This document shows, piece by piece, positions 38,970 to 52,790 of a DNA stretch of 64,000 nucleotides. Under the pieces are notes generated by a model. That model was given only the letters and a program-made list of their open reading frames with translations. It did not search any database and had not been told where the DNA came from. The translations under genes were made by a program, and so were the position numbers. The first letter of the stretch is position 1; each line of letters starts with the position of its first letter. This stretch comes from Octopus vulgaris (taxonomy: Eukaryota), in the NCBI GenBank assembly GCA_951406725.2, contig OX597831.1, positions 72,416,001-72,480,000 on the forward strand, in the 5' to 3' direction.

Positions 38970-39326
38970 TAGTCGAGCAAATCGACCCCAGGACTTATTC
39001 TTTGCAATCCTAGTACTTATTCTATCGGTGTCTTTTGCCGAACCGCTAAGTTACGGGAACGTAACCACACCACCATCGGTTGTCAAGCGATGTTGGGGGT
39101 GGGGGTGGAACAAACATAGACACACAAACACACACATATATATATACACATACATATATACGACGGGCTTCTTTCAGTTTCCGTCTACCAAATCCACTCA
39201 CAAAGCTTTGGTAGGCCCGAGGCTATAGGAGAAGACACTTGCATAAGGTGCCACGCAATGGGACTGAACTCGGAACCATGTGGTTGGTAAGCAAGCTACT
39301 TACCACACAGCCACTCTTGCGCCTAT
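38970..39326 (-). mobile_element. SINE family A
   Basis: Matches the 49196 copy in reverse. Confidence 0.88.
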
Positions 39327-39453
39327 ACTGTTGAGAGAGAGAAAGAGAGAGGGAGAGAGAGATGGCGAGAGAGTGAGGGAGCAAAATACAACTTTGTTCT
39401 GGATTCAGGATAACAACCACTTACCACTCATCCTGATCTGATTGTCGGATACT

Positions 39454-39823
39454 TCTGTCCATTCGGCTATTCCATTCGGCTATTCTGTCCATTCGACTAT
39501 TCCATTCGGCTATTCTGTCCATTCGGCTATTCCATTCGGCTATTCTGTCCATTCGTCTATTCTGTCCATTCGACTATTCCATTCGGCTATTCTGTCCATT
39601 CGGTTATTCCATTCGGCTATTCTGTCCATTCGACTATTCCATTCGGCTATTCTGTCCATTCGGTTATTCCATTCGGCTATTCTGTCCATTCGGCTATTCC
39701 ATTCGGCTATTCTGTCCATTCGACTATTCCATTCGGCTATTCTGTCCATTCGGCTATTCCATTCGGCTATTCTGTCCATTCGGCTATTCTGTCCATTCGG
39801 TTATTCTGTCCATTTGGCTATTC
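39454..39823. repeat. Minisatellite, 30-bp unit made of 13+17-bp subunits, ~12 copies
   Basis: (CGGCTATTCCATT-CGGCTATTCTGTCCATT)n. Confidence 0.95.
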
Positions 39824-39859
39824 CCGCCCTCCACATCCTTACGGCGTTTCATTTTGTCG

Positions 39860-40180
39860 CTACAGATTCTGAAATCCCGAGAAGATCAAATCTGCACGAA
39901 CTGAGGGCAAGTGCGGTGGAAATAAGAGTGCGACTTGCAGGTCAGGTTCTCCAGCTGCCAAGAGAGCGAAAACCCAAGAGAGATATGCAATGGGTACCGC
40001 CAGAGGGATGAAGGAAGACAAGGAGACCCATGAAGACATAGCACGCTACATTGAAAAATGATCTGAAACAACTTAGTATCGTTTGCGAAGATGCTGGCGA
40101 CTCTGCTCCGAAATGAGATGACTAGAAACGACTCGCTGCCCAATGAACAGGCCAACTGTACGGGAGGAACTAAGATTAAG
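39860..40180 (+). mobile_element. LINE (RTE-like) C-terminal remnant
   Basis: RVRLAGQVLQLPRER...MQWVPPEG..TRRPMKT resembles the RxRWxGHV...WxP.GxR..GRP motif. Confidence 0.6.
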
Positions 40181-40184
40181 ACTA

Positions 40185-40515
40185 GACGTGATAACAAAAC
40201 TGGTCCTCCGTCGGTTACGACGACGAGTGTTCCAGTTGACCCTATCAATAGAAAACAGCCTGATCGTGAAATGAACGTGCGAGTGGTTGAGTACTCCACA
40301 GCCACTTCACGTAGCTCTTAGGTAGATTCAGCATGATGCAGAATGGGACAAGGTAATCCTTTTGATTTGAATTACGGGTACAACTCAGTTTTGTCAGCTG
40401 AGTGAACTGGAGCAACGTGAAATAAAGTGTGTCGCTCAAGGACCCAATGCGTCGCTGGGAATCAAACTCACGACTTTACGTGAGCCGAACACCCTAACCA
40501 CTAAGCCACGCGCTT
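40185..40515 (-). mobile_element. tRNA-derived SINE (family C)
   Basis: Minus strand GCGTGGCTTAGTGGTTAGGG...GAGTTTGATTCCC then CORE-like GTCCTTGAGCGACACACTT. Confidence 0.75.
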
Positions 40516-41746
40516 TCGCAGACGAACATTGCAGCATTCTACATTGACTCAGTTCACGTTGCGATCGGGAATTACAGAGCAACACATGATATGCCGAGAT
40601 AAACTATGGAAGTCTATATGGAACAGAAATAGCGCAATAGAGAAGCGATGCTTCGGCGATTAGATGGGGTTTGAAGTTTAGCTGTCGTTTTAGGACGAGC
40701 AATTTTAGAAACTCACTTTTGAATTCGATCCAAGACAAAAAGTAGGTGGGTGGTGGGGACTTGTTTGATCTTTTTCTTGTTTCAGGCATTGGATTGTGGC
40801 CATGCTTGAGCACAGCTTTGAAGTGTTTCGTCCTACAAATTGACTCCAGAGTTTATTTTTAAGTCTGGTATTTATTATATCGGTCACTTTGCCGAACCGC
40901 TATGTTACGGGGACGTAAATAAACCAACACCAGTTGTCAAGTGGTGGTGGTGGTGGGACAAACACAAAGACACAACACACACACATGTAAGACGGACTTC
41001 CACACAGTTTCCTTTCACCAAATTCACTCACAGGGCATTGGTCTATCCGGATATATAGTAGACATTTACTCGAGGTTCCGCGCTGTAGGAGAAAGAAAGC
41101 CCCTCCGTCTTACCTCAATTTTATCCTCCACCCCACCCTCGCTCACTTCTCCTTCCTATTTCATTTCTTTCTTTCAACCAGTTTCTTTCTTACTACTTCC
41201 TGCTTACCTATGAAGCTTCTGTTGTCCTCTGTTCCTCATTAGCTGCAGCCAGTTTATCAAACACAGAGAATTTATAGCAGCTAATCGTCTCGGGATTTTG
41301 TAACAGTTGGCCTGATGTTCCGTTCCTGGGTAAAAACGTAAAATGTTTTCAAACATTCTAGCTAGATAGAGAAAGGACAACATTAAATATTTATTATTCA
41401 TCTTCTTTAACTCGCAGACTGGCTTGTAGATTTCAGCACTTTGTAGGTTAGAGTCATGGTAAGGTTTTCAATATTTTAAGCTAATGAAACCCTCGGTAAT
41501 TACACACTGCACAGCACATGCACTCACTGTTTACAATTTTGACTACGCAACTTCATGGTGGTTATCATGGTCCAGTTAAGAGTTTTAACTATGCTCACAG
41601 CAAGTAGCAGTGTGACAAAACAGGTTATCAGCTTATCTCCGCGGCTGCTTTCATTTATTAGAGTAGTTGATGCATACATTTTTGGTCATGCCTTTGTTGT
41701 AAGTGGGGGACAGAGAGTTTAATGGATGTTTAAGAAGTTGTAACGA

Positions 41747-41833
<87 letters not shown>

Positions 41834-41928
41834 CTAGCTAGCTAGCTAGCTAGCTATATGTCTGTCTGTCTATCTATCTGTCTGTCTGTCTATCTGTCTA
41901 TCTGTCTGTCTGTTTGTTTGCCTGTTTG

Positions 41929-41987
<59 letters not shown>

Positions 41988-42034
41988 GTCTGTCTGTCTG
42001 TCTGCCTGTTTGTTTGCCTGTCTGTTAATCTATC

Positions 42035-42073
<39 letters not shown>

Positions 42074-42075
42074 CA
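41747..42075. repeat. (TATC)n/(TGTC)n/(CA)n compound microsatellite
   Basis: Directly visible. Confidence 0.95.
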
Positions 42076-43189
42076 AATATATAAGGAATTGTGATGCAAT
42101 GTCTCTCTCCTCCACTTCGCTTTTCTCTCTGCTTATCTGTCTGTCTCTCTCTACACATTGACACATATAAGTATTTATGTAAGTATATGTGCACGTATGT
42201 ATGCACACATCGCATGTATGCAAATCAGGTTGGCTGATAATGGGGTATCCTGATAAACTTCGGCTATATTTAGTGATCTAGATTCAAAGTTCTCTGGGTC
42301 ACCGAGAAAGAGCAGCGCATCTTGTCTGAAGAGGGGGAGGTTATCATGAAATAGATCAGAAAGAAGATTACTCGCTGCCATCCACTAAGCAAAAATTATT
42401 TTTCTCGTTGCTAAAAAGAACAGTTAACATGTTTTTACATCCTTTCAATCTACATCATTAAAAAGGCTTTCAAATAACTAACTCCACGCTTAATTACTTT
42501 ATATATTTCGGGCATTCTGTAACACACACACACACACACAACTGTATATACGTAGGTATGTATATATATGAGTGTTTGTGTGTGTGTGTGGGGGGGTGAG
42601 ACTTGGAGCCAACTTGTACAAATATAAAGCAAAAGTCAAACATAGAATAATAATAATAATAGTAATAATAAATTCTGGTTTTATAGGTCACAAGGGCTAA
42701 CATAAATCAAAAACATATAAGGACAAACACAGGACGAAAAGTACAAAGGGTTTTGCGAAAAAGAAAGGTCCGTGTAAACATTCAAATAACAGCGAAAAAT
42801 ATACAACAGTTCGAAAGAACTCCCAATAGGGGGATGCGCTTTGAAAGGTTACTGGTGGAAAAACCCATAAAAACCACGGGAGCCTGCCTTGTCAAAAAGG
42901 GGTAGAGATCCCCTTCTTATATATAACTTTTTTTTACGGGTGTAACCTCAGAATTGGTGGGTTTATAATCCAAAAGATTGTGCTGACAAATACTGCCCTC
43001 GTCCTTAAAAAAAAACCCTATCAATTTAAATGTCAGTGTTGTATTACATGGAGATATTTCGCTACTACTCCTGTCACTTGCCCTGTCCAAGCTTTCAGTC
43101 ATACGGTAACATTACTTATCCTTCACTCGCCCTAAGGACGCTGGGTGTGTCTCGGCAAGTGATTGTAACAAACATGCAGATTAAAAGTA

Positions 43190-43196
43190 AATAATG

Positions 43197-43251
<55 letters not shown>

Positions 43252-43440
43252 TAATAACAACAACAATAACAACAATAATAATAATAATAATAGTAATGGT
43301 AATAGTAATAGTAATAATAATAACAACAGCAACAACAACAACAACAATAATAATAATAATAATGATAATAATAATAATAATAATAATAGTAATAGTAATA
43401 GTAATAATATTAATAACAACAACAACAATAACAACAACAA

Positions 43441-43480
<40 letters not shown>

Positions 43481-43675
43481 AATAATAATAATAATAATAA
43501 TAATAGTGGGTAAAGTGCCTAACTGGAAAGCCCCCAGACCAGATGGGATTCATGGTTTCTGGCTCGAGAGATGCCACGTGGTGCATGAAAGACTAGCAGC
43601 AGTTGAATGAGTACTTCCAGAAAGGTACAGTCCCCGCGTGGATGGTGACTGGGAGGACAACATTAGGTCTGAAAA
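43190..43675 (+). mobile_element. (AAT/AAC)n array followed by an R4/Dong RT N-terminal fragment (43506-43675)
   Basis: KVPNWKAPRPDGIHGFWL...PAWMVTGRTTL is the typical RT-start motif of this clade. Confidence 0.75.
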
Positions 43676-43951
43676 GTTGCTGCTATTCAATATATCATAG
43701 CAGCGAGTTTTGCCTGGGATGCGGTGACCGGACGCTTGCCACTGACGATTTCCAGTTGAATGAAATCAGTCGATATGAGAGTTCCAGCGCTCATGAGAGA
43801 TGATTCTCGTCTGTTACGATTTGAATGTGTGCTGCTTTTATGAGAGGATTTCTCGAGTTTAATAACGCAACATTCGGTGCTGTGTGACAAGACATCCATG
43901 TTATAAATAATACTTTCACTTCTATTTCCTGATCTTAAAACGAAAGATACA

Positions 43952-44026
<75 letters not shown>

Positions 44027-44084
44027 GTGCGTCTTTATATTGACCATTCATTTTTATACTTTTTGAGATCTAGTTATAAGTTAT

Positions 44085-44482
44085 ATCTTTATATATAAAA
44101 GTCAAGCTGTGTGTCTGTCTCCTACGATTTAGATTCCTAACTACTCCCACATTTTGCGGTGCAGTTTAACCAAAACCGGGTATCTTATAGTCGTGATTCA
44201 TATCGAGCCCTTCTGGGTATTAGCGCGCGTCTACGATGAGTCTACGATTTTAAAAATAATTTACCATAATTTTTTTCCATTTTAATGCATTTTTTCGCTA
44301 TTATATAAGGGAAGTAACTCTCTAAAAATGTCTACGATGAGTCAACGATTTTAAAAAAAATTTACCATAATTTTTTTCCCATTTTTAATGCATTTTTTTG
44401 CTATCTTTTGGCTAAAACTCTCTAAAAGTGCTTTATAGTTATTTCCCTTACAAACCCGAGCAACGCCGGGCGATACTGCTAG
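44085..44482 (+). mobile_element. Non-autonomous Helitron, full length
   Basis: A|TCTTTATATATAAAAG...CCCGAGCAACGCCGGG...CTAG|T. Confidence 0.9.
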
Positions 44483-44589
44483 TGTTTTATGAAAATATAT
44501 ATTATTTGTTATTTATGTTTTGGTTTATGTCTATCACCTGTTTGAGTTGCATAATAGTGGTTTTATCTCTAATTTATATTTTATATATT

Positions 44590-44658
<69 letters not shown>

Positions 44659-44659
<1 letters not shown>

Positions 44660-45386
44660 GCCTACAGAGTACCTCATTAGGCATGATAGAGATGCACAAT
44701 ATATTCACTGGGTAATTTGCAAAAACCTGGATTTGTCCCATGAAAAAAACTGGTGGGAACACAATCCACCTCCTGTGCTTGAAAATGACCACATCTCACT
44801 CCTCTGGAACTTCACCATTCAAACTGACAGGAAGATAGATGCAAATAGGCCAGACATTATATTGAAAGACTTCAGACAAAGAACATGCCTCCTCATTGAT
44901 ATGACTGTCCCAATCGATATAAACGTATCTGTCAAGACCTACCAAAAACTGAGCAAATATAAAGATCTTGAAATAGAAATCAGCAAAATGTGGAAGCTGA
45001 AGACTAAAACAATACCTGTTGTCATAGGTGCCCTGGGAATGATAGCGAAAGGGACTGATTGCTACCTAACTCAGATACCAGGAAACCCCAAAATGGCAGA
45101 AATTCAAAAGATAGTGCTCATGGGAACTGCTCATATCCTACGCAAAATACTCTCTATGTAATCCCAAGGTTTAAAACAAACTTTTATTTATTTATTTATT
45201 TATTTATTTTTATTTTATTTATTTATTTATTTTTTTTTTGTATTAGACATTCAATAGTACAACACAAAAAAAACAACAAAAAAACCCAAATATATGGCAC
45301 AGAACTTCCAACCTGTTGTCTCTTGAGGTCTCTGGGTGAGACTTGGAGCCAACTTGTACAGACATAAAGCAAAAGTCAAACATAGA
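44659..45386 (+). mobile_element. R4/Dong-clade 3' fragment inserted in (TAA)n
   Basis: EYLIRHD..AQYIHW.IC, LLWNFTIQTDRKIDANRPDI, IPVVIGALG to the stop at 45161. (AAT)n on both sides. Confidence 0.9.
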
Positions 45387-45539
45387 ATAATAATAATAAT
45401 AGTAATAATAATAATAATAATTCTCTCTACTATATGTACATGGTCTGAAAGTTGGGACAGGCGGGGTAGGGGGAGCGGTGTTAGTCGAAACCTTCTGTTC
45501 GATTGTTTGGCTGGTACTTGTTTTGTCTTAACTTAGATT

Positions 45540-45790
45540 GGTTTCGGCCATTATCGGCCCAGGCCATGACTTTTAGTTAATTATTTCGGGACACCATGGA
45601 CCACTCGAGCAGAAAGTTGTTGTTGGTTGAGGCGTATCCAGGTGTAGGTGGTTTATCCGGTATTTCCTGGAGAAATATTTGTCCAGGTACCGTTTGAAAG
45701 TTGTGGGGTCTTTTTCTACTGTAATTTCTTTGGGGGGATAACATTGAAAAGTGCAGGACCCGCGAAAGGACGATAAGCAAAGTTGGCACC
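45540..45790 (-). mobile_element. CR1 LINE 3' remnant
   Basis: FLQEIPDKPPTPGYASTNNNFLLEW, homologous to the 35085 ORF end. Confidence 0.7.
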
Positions 45791-46511
45791 GATGGATTTC
45801 AACAGTAACAATGACGACGTCAATGATGACGACGTTAAATGGAAAATAAATTTCTAGAATATGACGTCACTATGACAATAAATAATCGGAAGTGTAACCA
45901 TAACAAAAAATAAACCCTATTTTCGCTGTGATCTGCATTGATTATAAATCTTAATATAAATTATAATAGATCTTATGGCAATTCGGAAGAGCATCAACTT
46001 ACGAATAGCAATGTCGATCAATAATGCATCAGAGGGGACCATCGGTTAAAAAAAAAAAACCCAACAAAAACTCAACACTCTAAATCTCTCTTCGCGCCCA
46101 AATTTCCACCTTATATTTCTCTCTCTTAATATTTCTTTTTAGTTATATCTTTCCTCTTCTCCTTCTCTCTTCTTCTTGATCTTCACGCTTTAGAATACAA
46201 GTCTTAAATATATTCAGATGTATATTTACATAAGTATATAAATAAATATATATGCATAATCTATAGATAGGTATATATACATGCATGAATATGTGACATC
46301 TGTGTACATGTATTTTGCGAGGCAATCCTATAATATTCGTTTGCTGTGAAAGATGTCCGGTAAAAAAAAATTAACAGGTATGTATATCTTAAATAGAAAA
46401 TCAATATACATACATCCACACGCACGCGCGTAGACGTATTCACGTTCTCACTCACACACACCCGCATAATCACAAACGTTATCATTATTGTTGTTGCTGT
46501 TGCTGTTGTTG

Positions 46512-46579
<68 letters not shown>

Positions 46580-47270
46580 GTGTGCTTTCACTTCACTACC
46601 GAGTGCATCTCTGTGTGCCTTGGGTATGTGCTGTGATTTGTTGTGATGCTCTGATGGTTACTGTATTGAAAGTGTTCTGCGTAGGATGTGTGCAGTGCCT
46701 AGTAGTGCAATTTTCTGTATGTTGTATATACTTGTAAGTCCTGGTGTTTTTGTTATGTATTTGTCTGAATATTTTTTTATCATGCCTAATGTGCCTACTA
46801 TGATAGGAATTGTTTCTGTTTTTAGATTCCACATTCAAGTTACCTCTATTTCCAGGATTTTGTATTTTGAAAGTTTCTCCAATTCTTTTAGAGACACGTT
46901 GTCATCTGCTGGTATTGATACATCAATTAGAAAGTATTTTTTTCTTCATGATCTCTGACAACTATATCTGGCCTATATCTATCTGTGTGTATCGGCATAT
47001 CCCAGAGTATGGTTGCTTTCTCGTTTTCTGTGACCTTTTCTGGTGTGTGCCTATACGATCTTTTTTCTGTTGTTATTCCATAATGTTGGCATAGCTTCCA
47101 GTGTATGTAGGTCCCAACTCTGTCGTGTCTGTGAATATATTCCTTCTTAGCCAGGACTGGGCAGCCAGAGATAATATGATTTATTATTTCTTGTCCATCT
47201 CCATATATTCTGCAGTTACTTGTAATATTTCTTTTCATTATGTTTTTGGTAATTTCTGGTGGGGAGGCTT
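46580..47270 (-). mobile_element. R4/Dong-clade 3' fragment inserted in (TAA)n
   Basis: CCHC-like CRI...INHIISGCPVLAKKEYIHRHD plus RPDIVV. (ATT)n on both flanks. Confidence 0.88.
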
Positions 47271-47272
47271 TA

Positions 47273-47388
<116 letters not shown>

Positions 47389-47437
47389 GTTGTTGTTGTT
47401 GTTGTTGTTGTTATTGTTATTGTTATTGTTATTGTTA

Positions 47438-47501
<64 letters not shown>

Positions 47502-47541
47502 CATCATCATCATCATCATCATCATTATTATTATTATTACT

Positions 47542-47735
47542 GGCGGCGAGCCGGACGGAATACTTAGTAATATTTCGCCCGTCGCTTCATTCTGAATTCA
47601 AATTCCGCCGAGGTCGACTTTGCCTTTCATCCTTTCGGGGTCGATTAAATAAGTACCAGTTACGCACTGGGGTCAATTTAATCGAATGAATCTCTGCTCC
47701 CAAATTTGAGGCCTTGCATTTCCAGTAGAAAGAAT
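47542..47735 (+). mobile_element. SINE family B
   Basis: GGCGGCGAGC...TTCAAATTCCGCCGAGGTCGACTTTGCCTTTCATCC. Confidence 0.8.
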
Positions 47736-47788
47736 TATTATAATTCCTTTCCCGCCAAATTCTAGACCCTCTGCTTCCAGTAGAAAGG

Positions 47789-47869
<81 letters not shown>

Positions 47870-48258
47870 TTTATTATAAGGTACCAGTGTGATATTTCGG
47901 TCAAGAAAATCGTCTACGCCCTCTCTCCACAAAAATTGCTGGCTTTGCTCCAAAATTAAAAGCGTCGCCATTTCGCTGGACAAGATGTTCAGAGGCATTT
48001 CTCACTTTTTACGTTTTAAGTTTAAACGTGGCCGAGGTCAACTTTGTCCTTCATTTCTCCGGTGGTCAATAAAATAAAGTAGCAGTCAAATACCAGAGTC
48101 GACAGGATGACTAACCCTCTTCCACAACATTTCAGCCTTTGTGTCTGAATAAGAGGCAATTCTTCACTTTCAACTTTAGTCTTTCTCAGCCACGACGAAG
48201 CTTTTCCTTCTGTCCTCACCTGTTCACAAAACCACTGCCAGGTGGATATTATAGGATA

Positions 48259-48671
48259 CTAGCAGCTAAGCCCGGTTTCACCCGGTCTGTTTGGCTGATG
48301 TGGCTGTGGTTGTTTTCGGTTAGGCATAATCTATAACAGCGTTTGTCAACCTTATCATTTCGGGTCCCCTGTTTCAATTGGAGCCTCTAGCTATATGAAA
48401 ATTTCTTGACCCCCACCCCGTCAGAAAACAGCTTCTAAGCAACTGGTTGTTTCAATGGCAGAAGAAAAGGGAAAATTCTATTTGAAAACGTTTTAATCGA
48501 TTTTCTCGGTAAGTATGGGGGTTATGAAAAAAATACAAACTGCATTCCAATCTATTCACCTGTCTCTACCTGTGTGCCATTTTTTTAATGCAAATCCACC
48601 CGGCCGTTTGGCTGTGAACCTCAAGACAAGAAAGAATACAACGATCAGCCATGTCCAATTTATATTATAGA
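48259..48671 (-). mobile_element. Non-autonomous Helitron, second family
   Basis: Minus strand TCTAATATATAAA start, CCGGGTGAAACCGGG hairpin and CTAG end. Confidence 0.75.
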
Positions 48672-48729
48672 TTATAGAACCATTTACAAACCCACGACAT
48701 ACTAATTCGAAAGGATTGTCATGCATTAC

Positions 48730-48980
48730 ACAAGTGGCTCAACCATTTTTTACCTATGGGCTCTTTTGATTCTTATTTCATTTAAATGGATCCTCAGAGC
48801 CATTTCGAGGTTTTTTTTAACAAAAGCTATTATTGTTTTCTAATTAAGTATTATCAGGAATTATGTAAAAAAAACTGTTGAAATATTTTGTGTCTTGTAG
48901 AAGAATAACCAATTTAATATCCATAAATCTTAACAAGAAAATCTTATATGGGCCAAATGGACCACGGTTGAGAACCACTG
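48730..48980. mobile_element. hAT-type MITE
   Basis: Right end GGTTGAGAACCACTG (CAGTGGTTCTCAACC in reverse), degenerate left end CAAGTGGCTCAACC. Confidence 0.6.
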
Positions 48981-49195
48981 CCTTACACGATACTGTAAGT
49001 CCTAAATTAAAACTAGGGGTCGAACGTTGTGCTAGCATATATTTTCGGATATATTAATTTGACTGATATAGGGAACCATTTTTTTGTCTAAATATTCTGG
49101 CACAGTACAAACGATCGTCGGTTATATATTGTGTAATGATCAGTTAAAAGATGTGATTCTCCCCGTTGTTGTTCTTGTCGTTAAATGAAGAGACT

Positions 49196-49604
49196 ATAGG
49201 CGTAGGAGTGGCTGCGTGGTAAGTAGCTTGCTAACCAACCACATGGTCCCGGGTTCAGTCCCACTGCGTGGTATCTTGGGCAAGTGTCTTCTGCTATAGC
49301 CCCGGGCCGACCAATGCCTTGTGAGTGGATTTGGTAGACGGAAACTGAAAGAAGCCTGTCGTATATATGTATATATATATGTATGTGTGTGTTTGTGTGT
49401 CTGTGTTTGTCCCCCTAGCATTGCTTGACAACCGATGCTGGTGTGTTTATGTCCCCGTCACTTAGCGGTTCGGCAAAAGAGACCGATAGAATAAGTACTG
49501 GGCTTACAAAGAATAAGTCCCGGGGTCGATTTGCTCGACTAAAGGCGGTGCTCCAGCATGGCCGCAGTCAAAATGACTGAAACAAGTAAAAGAGTAAAAG
49601 AGTA
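49196..49604 (+). mobile_element. SINE family A, full length with TSD
   Basis: Intact A and B boxes, CORE-like block, (AGTAAAAG)n tail, AAGAGACT on both flanks. Confidence 0.93.
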
Positions 49605-49659
49605 AAGAGACTGATGGTTAGAGAGACACACACACACAAATGTATATATATGTATATAT

Positions 49660-50008
49660 AATTAGAAAAAAAACACCTTTTATCAATTCAAAATGAACAA
49701 TTAAATTACAGCATCTAGAAAATTACATATAATAGAAATATTAACATTAAAATAACAATAAAATGTTAAAGATTAAGTAAATTGCAATAATAATAATAAT
49801 AATAATAATAACTTATATAAATTATATATAAATTTATACAAGTTATATATATAATTTATATAAGTTATTATTTTTTTTTTTCAATTTACTTAATCTTTGA
49901 CATTTTATTGTTATTTTAATGATAATATTTCTATTATATGTAATTTTCTGGATGGTGTAATTTAATTGTTCATTTTGAATTGATAAAAGGTGGTTTTATT
50001 TCTAATTT
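49660..50008. repeat. AT-rich inverted repeat (~125-bp arms)
   Basis: CACCTTTTATCAATTCAAAATGAACAATTAAATTAC mirrored by GTAATTTAATTGTTCATTTTGAATTGATAAAAGGTG. Confidence 0.85.
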
Positions 50009-50751
50009 TTTATATATATATTATATTGTGTGAAATTTGATTTAGTATTTCTAAATTGAATTTTTTTTTCCTTAAAAATTAATAATTATATATATATATA
50101 TGTAAGTAAACATTTTTCTAAATCTTTTCTCACATTTCTTTGCCTTCTCTTCTTACTTCACTTTCCCTCCACTTTTCACTTCACTGTGTCCCTGTCCTTT
50201 TTTCTAGCCCCCTCCTTAATTCTTCTGTCCCTCTGCTTCTACTTCTCTCTCTTCTCTTCCCACGTGACCACCGGTCAGCCTAGCCTGCTCTTTCTTTCTT
50301 GGTCTGACCGCCGTCCGTGCAACATCGATATTCTTCCCTGTGTTCGTGAAATTATTGTATCTCTGCCGTAAGGCTTCATTTCCACACGCGCCAGCTTAAT
50401 TCAATTTATCCTTAGTCGAAAGACACATGTTGTTATGTCCTGTTATTATCTTTTATTGTATTTATATTTGTGTAACTTTGTCCGTTTTTTCTATCCTTGT
50501 TTTTGCATACATTCGCTGCTTTCTTCCAAGGAATCTAATGCTCTTAGCTTAGTTTTTCTTTGGGGCTGGTCAGATTGGAGCAATCTCAAGAACAATCAGC
50601 CGAAATTGCGAGGATAATCTGGTGCTTGACTGGGGATATAGAGCTTCGAATGATCCGTCCTGGTTTTCTTTGTATCGTCTATCTGGATGTTTTGTTCTCC
50701 TCTTTTGTATCACCTAGCTGTCCGGATGTTTTGCGTTCTTGTCCCATTTTG

Positions 50752-50800
<49 letters not shown>

Positions 50801-50806
<6 letters not shown>

Positions 50807-51362
50807 TGCAGGAAGTAAATAGACACCTTTAATTTTCAAAATCTTTTATTTGATAATAATTGGTTGAAGGAGAGGTTTTCTTCTAGCTGCTCGTCCATAA
50901 TACCTAAGCTTATGCAGATATGTAACACGTTCTTGGACTAACTTCTAGCTGTTTTGCAATGTCAGAAGCCTTCGAACGGGGTTCGTTTTCCACAATTCTC
51001 TTCAAACAGCGAAACTTCTTTTCCGAGGGCCCAGGTCAGCCAGGACGAGAATCTGTTGATTCTCCTTTTTGGCTTTTGAATTGCACTATAATTCTATTAA
51101 CAGTAGCAAGAGGAATTTGAAGATTTTCGACAATTTTTCGCTGGCTAAGACCAGCCTCAGATTGCCCAACAATACGGCCTCTTTGAAAATCTGACAGTTC
51201 TGCTGAATTTTTTGTGTGTGACATGGTTACTCTTCGGAAATGTTTAATATAATGGCACCTGGAATGAAAAAGAATAATTACGTTGCAAATTCTACACCGC
51301 TGAAAACATTAGGACGCTTAGATCAAAAATTTTGAAAATTAAAGGGGTCTATTTACTTCCTG

Positions 51363-51370
<8 letters not shown>
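50801..51370 (-). mobile_element. Internally deleted Tc1-like transposon
   Basis: TIRs CATGCAGGAAGTAAATAGAC.CCTTTAATTTTCAAAA at both ends. N-terminal HTH ELSDFQRGRIVG..EAGLSQRKI (ORF 51036-51224). Confidence 0.88.
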
Positions 51371-51441
<71 letters not shown>

Positions 51442-51630
51442 CATTACGGGGTGGAGTAGATAAGATCCGGGTTGCATATGTTTTATAGCGAGCGGAACCT
51501 CAGAAGTGGTAAGTAGTATACCGCAGGTTACTCGTCAGGCCAAGGACGTCAGGCTTAAATGAACGTTTACATTGTCGCAAGGAGGTACATGTTAACACAA
51601 GGAAGATTCAATCAGAATATATATACATAT

Positions 51631-51676
<46 letters not shown>

Positions 51677-52308
51677 TACATATATATATACACACACATA
51701 TACATACATATATATATATATATACACACACACATATATGCATATATGTATAAAACCATACATTCCTGTATTAGCAACAAAAGAAACACACGTTCTTTTT
51801 TTTATATTTGTTTATACATTTACCTGCAACTCTTAATCATCAACATCGTGTGAAAGTCTGTGTGTATATATTAGTTTTCCTTTGTTTACACTCGCGGATT
51901 GTCTCTTCTTCCTTTCCCTCCTTACGGAATATATATCAGGATATTCCTTCATATTCATTCACATTGCATTGAAGGTGTTATTACGCCAGAGAAGCGATCG
52001 TCAGGTGGTAAATTAACGAAGACATTCTTTAAATCATCCGCCTCTTCTCTTATTATATCCTCTTCCTCTAAAGTAAACACACACAATCAAACACGAGCGC
52101 GCGCACTTACATACACACACGCGATATATGCGTATAGATATGTACATACGTAAACAGACTACACCAATCATTCTGTCGTTGATTCCATTAAACCTGAAAC
52201 CCCACCACCACCACCATCATCACCACCATCACTATCCCTGTTTTCTCTCCTAACTTTTGATGTACAGTCATCGGGTGCGATCAACTGAAATACTTGCGCT
52301 GTTGCTTA

Positions 52309-52753
52309 ACCACCGTGCCGCAGACCAATTCCGGGCCATGGATTATTTGGTTCCGGGCGGTCCCGGACCACCGTGCCGCAAACCAATTCCGAGCCATGGA
52401 TTATTTGGTTCCGGGCGGGCCCGAACCACCGTGCCGCAGACCAATTCCGGGCCATGGATTATTTGGTTCCGGGAGTGCCCGAACCACCGTGCCGCAAACC
52501 AATTCCGAGCCATGGATTATTTGGTTCCGGGAGTGCCCGAACCACCGTGCTGCAAACCAATTCAGGGCCATGAATTATTTGGTTCCGGGAGGGCCCGAAC
52601 CACCGTGCCGCAGACCAATTCCGGGCCATGGATTATTTGGTTCCGGGCGGGTCCGAACCACCTTGCTGCAGACCAATTCCAGACCATGGATTATTTGGTT
52701 CCGGGCGGGCTCGAACCACCGTGCTGCAGACCAATTCCGGGCCATGGATTATT
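52309..52753. repeat. GC-rich minisatellite, 58-bp unit, ~7.7 copies
   Basis: ACCACCGTGCCGCAGACCAATTCCGGGCCATGGATTATTTGGTTCCGGGCGGGCCCGA starting at 52309, 52367, 52425 and onward. Confidence 0.95.
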
Positions 52754-52790
52754 GACAGTTGTGGTCTGCTGGGTGTTTCTGCTTTATATA

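Noticed and set aside
42175-43105. Short non-repetitive ORFs at 42175-42381 and 42917-43102
   Set aside because: No recognisable domain or consistent exon chain.
52309-52753. CRISPR-like array or coding ORFs (52257, 52294)
   Set aside because: No unique spacers, eukaryotic context, no cas genes. The ORFs are a by-product of the 58-bp repeat.
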